Source: Acidobacteriota bacterium
Lineage (GTDB): Bacteria > Acidobacteriota > Thermoanaerobaculia > Gp7-AA8
Length of the DNA stretch: 42,896 bases
NCBI GenBank assembly: GCA_003223635.1
Contig: QHVS01000046.1
Location: forward strand, 1-42,896
Reading direction: 5' to 3'
Made by a program: the position numbers and the translations under genes. Position 1 is the stretch's first letter; each line of letters opens with the position of its first letter. Shown piece by piece: positions 42,683 to 42,896 of the stretch. A model generated the notes under the pieces. It saw nothing but the letters and a program-made list of their open reading frames with translations. It was not told where the DNA came from and did no database searches.

Positions 42683-42896
42683 ATGCAGAAGATCGATCGA
42701 TTTCTCAAACTGATGAATGACCGGGCCGCCTCGGACTTTCATCTGACCGTTGGACGCCCGCCGATGTTCCGGGCTTCCGGCTCGATGGAACCGATTCGCT
42801 ACCGCATCCTCTCCGAGAATGATTTCGTGGAGATGCTCCGCCCGGTGACTCCGTCGCGGCTGTGGGACGAATTCGTGCGGAGCGGTGACGTCGACT
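42683..42896 (+). CDS. pilT: PilT/PilU-type twitching-motility ATPase, N-terminal fragment (3' end outside window)
   Basis: Not in the ORF track because it runs off the window. My translation from ATG 42683: MQKIDRFLKLMNDRAASDFHLTVGRPPMFRASGSMEPIRYRILSENDFVEMLRPVTP..., the canonical PilT N-terminal domain. Confidence 0.8.
   Translation, partial: MQKIDRFLKLMNDRAASDFHLTVGRPPMFRASGSMEPIRYRILSENDFVEMLRPVTPSRLWDEFVRSGDVD

Overview
High-GC bacterial chromosomal segment. The gene content (Ser/Thr kinase-TolB fusions, HemQ-type heme synthesis, GspG-like pilins with PilMNOPQ) suggests an Acidobacteria-like soil organism; that assignment is inference only. Genes are tightly packed, and at least 12 junctions are 4-nt start/stop overlaps (ATGA or GTGA), which I used to choose start codons.

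Left to right:
- Two tandem kinase/TolB-propeller genes.
- A small membrane protein, a frameshifted PsiE-like gene, and a low-GC SRPBCC gene.
- A minus-strand operon: acpP, fabF, alpha/beta-hydrolase, an approximately 790-aa polytopic membrane protein (carrying an in-frame palindromic repeat element), and a fused E1 alpha/beta TPP-dependent dehydrogenase.
- DUF2203 and a HAD hydrolase.
- A His/Met-rich outer-membrane barrel.
- DUF1304, a methyltransferase, an aldo/keto reductase, an isochorismatase-like gene (with a perfect in-frame 297-bp tandem duplication), and YdeI.
- A low-GC secreted protein with about 14 repeats.
- An MFS transporter, HemQ, tsaC-recN, and an L,D-transpeptidase.
- An approximately 12-kb minus-strand type IV pilus / type II secretion-like operon: pilC, pilB, pilM, pilN, pilO, pilP, secretin, three pseudopilins, M16 peptidase, SRPBCC and a 4-TM protein.
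- Divergent from that operon, a HEAT-repeat-PilT fusion followed by a second, partial PilT.

The most unusual signal is non-coding. Four long hairpins have arms built from tandem 7-nt units. Two are copies of a GAACGAT element; the others use GTCCTGT and AACGGTT units. They sit at precise gene boundaries, three of them inside the pilus operon. One of them covers every candidate start codon of a pseudopilin gene.

No rRNA, tRNA, CRISPR array, transposase or integrase was recognised. All functional calls come from motif recognition by eye; no searches were run.
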